A DNA stretch of 60,965 nucleotides, filler included, from Platydemus manokwari (Eukaryota): assembly GCA_037951405.1 (NCBI GenBank). It is 5 parts of 5 records of this genome, joined end to end, with 100 filler letters (N's around TTAATTAATTAA, not from the genome) between each part and the next. Parts side by side here need not be neighbours in the genome. Positions count along the whole stretch, not along the records: positions 49,808 to 60,965 come from JBBMOY010866644.1; 4 more parts are not named here. One strand, written 5' to 3'. The position numbers and the translations under genes are program-made. The notes below the pieces were generated by a model. The model searched no databases. It had not been told where the DNA came from and worked only from the letters and a program-made list of their open reading frames with translations. Shown piece after piece: positions 53,956 to 60,965 of the stretch (its first letter is position 1; each line of letters starts with the position of its first letter).

Positions 53956-56298
53956 ATGTCTAAAAGGTCTTCTCGGCGAAAAGTATCATTTTCGAAGGAC
54001 AGTCAATACTTTGAATCAATACGAAGAGGAAATTTGGATAATTTGAAATCGTTCTTAAAAGTTAATGACACTTATATATCTCAAATTAATGTTTTGCGAA
54101 CTTATAAGGGACGTTTAGCAGTTCATTTAGCCAGCCATCTCAATTATCTTTTAATTCTGAAATATTTGGTGGAAGAATTGAATGCCGATATTTATTTATG
54201 CGATGATGAAAATAACAACGCTCTTCATTTGGCATGTATATCAAACAAAGGACTGAGCCATTGTGCAATAATCCAGTAAAGTTTTTATTTATATTTTTAA
54301 TGGAGATAGTTTTGATTATATGAAATTATATTCGATTATTATATTTGAAAGAGACGTAAGTTCATTATTATTTTTGCTTCAAAATAATTAATGTTTCATA
54401 TTTCTTAATATCTGGAAATAATGTGAAAAATATTTTTTTCTCATGATCCACAATATAGGACAAAGATTTCCATAAAAAATCTTTAAAGGAATATCTTATA
54501 TTATATCTAACGGGGATATCATTATTCAATATTATTTTCCAGATCATTAAAAGGTTCTAAAATAAGGCTACTATTTTTAAATGATATTTCTGGAGAAAGT
54601 ACACGTATTATACTCATTGTCATCTGATAAACATCATGCTGTGTGGACTTTGCTTACAAAGAATGTACAAAAAAATCTATATTCACCTGAATGTTTGACT
54701 CATTTTTTGTCATTTTTCAATTTAAGTCACGCCCATATGTTAAATATTTATTAACAATATAAATACTGCTGAACTTGATTGATACAATTTCTTACGTTCT
54801 ATGAAAAATACTTATACTGGGTTTATTAAAGTATGATAAATGTTAATTGAATCTAATTAAAATTAATTAAAAACTAGGTACATCGTAGACACACCTCTAA
54901 TAAATACTGGTTTTGCCATTAGTCATGATTTATCGAACTAACTCTGACTATGTTTAGTTGTAAACAGAATTTTTTTTAAATATGATATAATTTTCAGATT
55001 AATCAAGCAAACCAGATTTAGGCATTTCAGTGAAAGTCTTTCTTGGTTAAAACAATTTTATTAAATATGTACTGAAATCCGGTTGAAAAGTATAACCAAA
55101 AAAGTCTATTTAACTAAAATATTCTAGCTATTATATCGGTTTTGATATATTTATTCGCTATTTGATCATTGAAAATTATTTATCAACACTTTAAAATCTT
55201 CACGGACTTTAAAAAACTAATTTCTTTCATTATTGTAAAATTAAACTGAATAGATTACTTCTCATCGCTAGCAAATTAAAGGAATATTAAACAAGGTTAT
55301 AGTAACCGAGTTAAATTTTATTTCGCAAACCTCAGGTGAATCTACAGATGCAGAACAAAAACCAATTAAACAATAAGACAATATTTCATAAACAATAACT
55401 AATAATAAAATAATACAAATAACAATGCAAATAACAATGAAATAATAATAATAAAATAGATTTTCGAAATTGGATTTAACATGTTTATTTGTTCGTTGAT
55501 CTAATTTAGAAATTTAGAAATTGAACAACCCTGGAGTGTACTGACGGATCCCTAAGGTTCTGCGATACACTGGTTGAGAACCTTTCCAATCAATATGGAG
55601 TTTATGGCTAAGTTAAACTACTATAGAAGAATTATAATTTGATTAGGTTTTTCTCTAAATTTTACAACAATCTTAGACAAAAAAAATTCATATTGCCATC
55701 TATTTTTTAAGTATTTTAGAAATTAAATGTTGGAAGATTTATTTAAGATTACCAGATTTATTATCTTCTTGATAGAACGCAAATTCGGTAAGTTTATTAA
55801 TAAGAACAAAAGCAATAATTTTTGTTCCGCATATAATCTATTATTAGATATATTTCTTATTCAAAATTGCATCAAAATTCCAGGTATTTACTCTCTATTG
55901 GTATTGAATTAGATCATCTAAATGATCAAATGAAGCTTCCCATCGATTTAATTTCAAACAAAACTATTTTCCAAGCCATTAAAACTGAGATGGATAAACT
56001 GAATTTAGAACCAAATAAAATCAGGAATTTTGAAAAGGTTTTGCTGAAAGAGTGGATCCATCAATGGCGCACAACAGGTGAAACGGACCATTGGATTATT
56101 GATGAAGAAAAAAAAGTCACAATGCTTCACTTTGTAGCTGCGAGAAAATACCTAGATCTCTTGAAAGATATCACTAAATGTCCAGGAGTTGATTTGAACC
56201 CAGTAGACATATATGGTCTAACTCCGATGGATATTCTGAAAGATTTTAAAGTCGAAGATGACTCTTATCAAACTAATAACTGCTGTAGATTTCTATAG
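53956..56298 (+). CDS. PP1 regulatory subunit-like ankyrin protein (PPP1R16/MYPT3/TIMAP-like), 2 exons, 244 aa
   Basis: Exons 53956-54275 and 55884-56298 join in phase 2 (CAIIQ|YLLSIG). N-terminal RKVSF (RVxF), ankyrin repeats (AVHLAS, NALHLAC, LPIDL, TMLHFVAA, GLTPMD), C-terminal CCRFL. Confidence 0.8.
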
Positions 56299-58202
56299 AA
56301 AAATTAATTAACCATATTATTATTCTTTTATTCTATTAAGATTGAAATATATTTTATTGAGGAATTTGTAAAAACTATAAATAAATTTTAAAAACAAGAA
56401 AATATCAAATCAATAGATGGAAAGGTTTAGCATAACTTTTCAAGGCGTATGACATCTTTATTAATAGCTTTTTATTCATTTAAAAAATTTAATAAGATTT
56501 AATATTTATTTTTAATATTATTTTTAAAATTAGTTTTAATAAATCAGAGTTCCAAATTTATTGAAATATTAAATTTTTGCTAAAATTTAAAAAAGGGTTC
56601 TAAAATGAAAATTTAAATTTAATTGTTGAGTGTATTGCAAAGTTCTATAAAGTTAATTTAATTATATTCTTTGAAAACATTTTTTTAAGAATTTTACTGG
56701 TTTGAAATAAAATATTATATAGACTAGAGCTTAAAAATCTCCTAAAATTTGATTATTTGAAAAAGGTTTCAAAGTAGTTCGAATTACAATTTATTGAAAT
56801 TTAGCGAGGACTCTCTTTTTAACATTAGAAGCAAATTGAGAGATATTCTCAATTTTTACAATTACTTTTTAAAAATAAACAATGATATTATTAAACATGT
56901 CCGTAATTAACTAACTAGATTTATAATTATAAAAATATAGATTTATAAACTCAAATAATCATATAGAAGGGTTGTGATTAGTATGAGAACTTGGTTTTAA
57001 AATATTTGACATCTTATAAAATGAGATATTAACTGAATTGTACGAATAAATCAGACATCACAATTATATATAAAATTAAGTTATAAAATTATCTCATGCG
57101 CGAAAATTCATTATTAAGAATGTAGGCCAAAGGACCTTTTTTCTTAACTTAAGCCAATTTTTTAAGTACCTATAAAAATTTTTTATCTCGTATCATTTCA
57201 TTTTTTGATAAATCCAAATTGTGATTTGTCTTTATAAAGTGATTTATTAATATAAATTATGTGCTTGGTTCATCATATTATCAAAATCTCTATGATAACA
57301 GATTTCGAATAACCTAGGAGGGAAATAAATAAAATAGACCATACAAGTGAATCTCACATAAGACAGTTGTTTCGTTTAATGCAATATGTTTTGCGAATAA
57401 TCGTTTCCAAAAATATTAGCTTTCAAATATGTTGAAGACTGTATCATTGCTTCTAAAATTTTTTTAACTTGGTTCTCCAAGATTTGTTTCATCAGATAGA
57501 ATTAATTGATTTTGATATATTTCTTTGAAACAAAGAAAAAATCAAATAAAAGGTGTTAACATTATTAAAATATTAGTCCAAAGATCATTAGTAGTTTGAA
57601 ACCGATAGTTAATGTTTCCAACAAGGAATTGACTACTAACAGATAACTAAGGTGCCACTAATATAAATAAATAAATGAAATATTTAATGCTTTTATTGAT
57701 TATAATAATAAAAACAAATGTACATTGCGCGATTTTTAAAGAAGCAGTATTGTGACCTCAAGAGTGAAAAATTGATGGCGGGTACTGACGGGCTCCCTAC
57801 TTCGATATGAAAATTAAGGAAGAATATGATTTTAAGTCCAAGAAATTTAATTCATACTTTGTGGAGACTTAAATTAATATTTCTTAACTAATCTTCTGTA
57901 AGAAATTGATGAGGAAACACTAATGATATTAATAACAATAATATTTACCATTGCCATGCAATTTGAAATAATGAAGATTCTGAGATGAAGAACGAATATT
58001 TAAAATGCTGATCCTAATTTAGTACCAAGTTGATTTATTCTGTATATGTAAATTGAAATCTCGTAAATCCGCTTGATGTCAGATTATGAAGATTATTTTT
58101 TGAGAAATTTATTGCCGATTGCTTTTGCTTTTATGCTATTTGAGACTATAAGCGTTTGTAGAAGTTATTACTCATTTTACATCTTCTTCAGAAATTCCAT
58201 GG

Positions 58203-58282
58203 GTTACCATGGTGCTCTGTCATTTAAATTCGAGTTGATATCCTTACATCTACTGTTTCCATGGAAACGTAATCATGGTTAC
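58203..58282. promoter_or_regulatory. Cluster of RFX X-box-like palindromes
   Basis: GTTACCATGGTGCT (58203-58216), perfect GTTTCCATGGAAAC (58255-58268) and adjacent GTAATCATGGTTAC (58269-58282). Confidence 0.4.
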
Positions 58283-58643
58283 TAATTTATTTTCATGAAA
58301 CCTTATTGTCGCCCACAATGTAATTTTATGTTCCTAAAAATGTTTAATATTTATTTATAATTATATGTATTTCATTTATGATTATATTATAATGTAAGTG
58401 TATACGTTATAATGCATATATGTATACAAATGTCACTATCATTCTTTATAATATTAATTCAAAATTCCTTCATGAAAATAATAACATTAATTCGAAATTA
58501 ACCACAGTAATAAAATAATTATTGTTGCAATAAAATTTCAAATCAAAATCAATAAAATCCAAAAACTCTTACTGCTCTAAAGCTGCAACATTTATTTCTG
58601 AGCTTTATAAATTGAATTAAATTTTTTAAAGATTTAATTGTGT

Positions 58644-59987
58644 CTAAAATTTGTCTTTTTGTCTTTCATATTGTTCTTTTCTCAGTTCACAGGATGATAT
58701 TAAATGTCCAACTCTCTTACAGTATTCACATTGTAAATCTCTTGTATCATTGTGTAATTGTGTTTTAGTGTCATTGTGGGGAAAATTTCCTTTCAATTGA
58801 TCCTTATTCTTGCCATATGGCACTATCCTTTTCTCACGCAAAATATTTCCATCTTTTTCAACATGTCTTTCTCTTGGGCTGTCATAGTTCTTATCTTGTT
58901 CCTTCGTTACATTATTTTTTTGATACATATTTCTCTAATTTTGTAATTTATATTCTTTTCTTTCACATGAGCTTCTACTTTTATCTCTTATTTCACTATA
59001 GCTATTATTTTTGTAATTATAATTCCTATCCTGATAAAACCTATTCGGATATTGCGAGTAATTGCAACTATTGATTTGACTTCCATTTTTCTAGCTCCAA
59101 TTATTGTTAGTTCCATACTCATAATTATTGCAATTTTGTTGTTCATTTTCCTCATTCCTATCTCTATCATTCCTATTTCTGTCATAATTTCTACTTTCGT
59201 AAATTTGAATTCGTTGATTATAATTATCGTCTTTCTTTTGAAATTTTTCTAACATTTTATTCAATTCAGAACATATCACGTTCTCATCTTTTCTCTGATT
59301 TACTGGTGGTGAAAAATTTTCGGTTTTATTACCCTTAAACACTACCGCCTTAATTAATGGATTTTTCATTGGCGTACTATATCTTATATCATGATTTTCT
59401 TAATATATTTCTCCGCAAATTGTTTCGATTCTTCTTGCCTTTTGTATTAATTCATCTAAGTTTTTATACTCACCCAAGGCTTTTGAAATTTTTAACACAG
59501 GTAAAACTTCTCTTTTAAGCTGATCCGTCACTATTTGATCTCTTCCCTCAAGTGTTATATATTTAAAATCATAAGCCTTTGCCGCCAATTGCCTTAATGG
59601 TATAGCATATTCTCCTACACTTTTCCCTGATGATTGATATCTATCCAAGAACTTTTTTACATAATACTTATGGACTTCTTCTGTTATAACTAATTTTTCC
59701 CTTAACTCTTCTACCAGCTTCGCATAAGTTTTTATATAAGTGCATTTTAAATCTTTGTAAATTTGTAGGGCGTAACCCTTAAGATGCAATGATAGACGCT
59801 GGAACTTCTCTACATCGGTCCAGCCATGTGCGTCCGTTATTCTATCAAACTCGTTAAAGAAATCATCGAAAGTTTCTTGCTTTCCATCGTATGGGTTTAT
59901 TGGGACATATATGTTCTTGTTATATTCATAATTCGTTCTTAACATTGGTACTATCTGTGCTATATCGATGAAATTTTTACTATCCAT
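58644..59987 (-). pseudogene. Degenerate Ty3/gypsy gag (capsid, N/R/D-rich linker, CCHC zinc knuckle)
   Basis: PYDGKQETFDDFFNEFDRITDAHGW..RLSLHLKGYA..RYQSSGKSVGEY capsid motifs; CEYCKRVGHLISSC knuckle; split by stops and frameshifts. Confidence 0.85.
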
Positions 59988-60427
59988 AATTTATTAATTT
60001 TGAAATTTAATTCGCTCAATTTATTTGCCTATGATGTTCTTAAGTTCAAATTTTAACTTTTACTTAACTTTTAACTACTATCAATTTTAAATTTAAACTT
60101 CTAATTCCTAAATCAAACTAATTTTTAAATTCTAATTAACTTTCAATTTCAGTTGTTTTATTACTCCTATCTAATTAACTATCCAAATAGCTTTCAAAGA
60201 TTTTAGGTATTGTCAAGGTTTCTTAATTATTAATTTTTAATTTTATTATTTCAGGTCTATTTTGGTCTTATTCAGGCATCTAGTGATTTTAGCAATGTTT
60301 AATTAATGTTCTGCCAAATAAATTTTTCTTAATATTTGTTCTATTATTGCTGTTTTTATCTATTGATTATATGGTTAATGATTTTGATTCACGTATTAAG
60401 CTTTTAAGAATTTTTAAAATGATTTTT

Positions 60428-60446
60428 ATCCTCACTCGGGGCACCA
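60428..60446 (-). other. Primer-binding site complementary to elongator tRNA-Met 3' end
   Basis: Plus strand ATCCTCACTCGGGGCACCA versus recalled metazoan tRNA-Met(e) 3' end ATCCTCACACGGGGCA-CCA, one mismatch; 2 nt from the LTR end. Confidence 0.8.
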
Positions 60447-60965
60447 AATGTTACGTTCGGGCCTTATTGATTTTATTATTTTACTAAACTTAATCCTATT
60501 TGATACTACTCCTGTCTTAATAAGTCGCTATGAGCTCTTGATTAAAGCCACGTGCGTAATTTACCTTATATTGATGTTCCTTCACGTCGCACAGCCTTAT
60601 TATGTGATGACAATAAGTGCGGCAGTAGTGATGTATTTTACTTATCCTAACTATCAAAATATAACAGAATTTGTGTTTAAAAATTAACATTATGTCTGTG
60701 TTGATTGAAATCACTGCCTTATATAGACAGCTTGAATCAGTCTCAAATATTGTCTGCGATTAAATTTAATGCCTGTGAATTTGTTCACTGAGAGAAATTC
60801 TCTCTGTATAAATTTATTAAGCAGCGAAAATATCTCTCCATTAAATTTTCATGCGGGGAAACAATGATAATTAATTTTTCGCTGTTAATGCGCGATATCC
60901 TATTTCGTGTTAATATTTTATAAATTAATTTATTATTTTATGGAATTTTGATGAATTTGATATTG

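Larger units (their letters stand above)
58644..60965 (-). mobile_element. Ty3/gypsy LTR retrotransposon 5' part (LTR from 60449, PBS, leader, gag; no pol seen)
   Basis: On the minus strand the LTR ends ...CGTAACA, followed by TT and PBS TGGTGCCCCGAGTGAGGAT, then gag. The outer LTR boundary is not determined. Confidence 0.85.

Noticed and set aside
55525-55585. CACTGGTTGAGAACC, resembling a hAT/Charlie terminus
   Set aside because: No partner TIR or TSD found.

Overview
Very AT-rich eukaryotic scaffold window with short GT-AG introns (about 42-62 nt), five assembly gaps and many decayed transposons. Gene and transposon content is most consistent with a flatworm, probably a planarian (inference). 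Host genes reconstructed by hand: an ERM (ezrin/radixin/moesin) gene whose 5' exons are missing, a complete 8-exon tetraspanin, three anosmin-1/KAL1-like FN3 exons, a strongly divergent 517-aa alpha-tubulin with a long C-terminal extension, an intronless divergent PACRG paralogue, and a compact 244-aa RVxF-ankyrin-CaaX protein of MYPT3/TIMAP (PPP1R16) type. Mobile DNA: two mariner copies (one with TIRs and TA TSDs), two fragments of RLE-type non-LTR retrotransposons, a Chapaev3-like fragment, and Ty3/gypsy remnants including an LTR-PBS(tRNA-Met)-gag segment with no detectable pol. The most interesting signal is a possible neighbourhood of divergent axonemal paralogues (alpha-tubulin, PACRG, perhaps a CFAP90-like relic) plus a cluster of RFX X-box-like palindromes. 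All family assignments come from recalled motifs, not database searches, and no clearly new system is proven from sequence alone.
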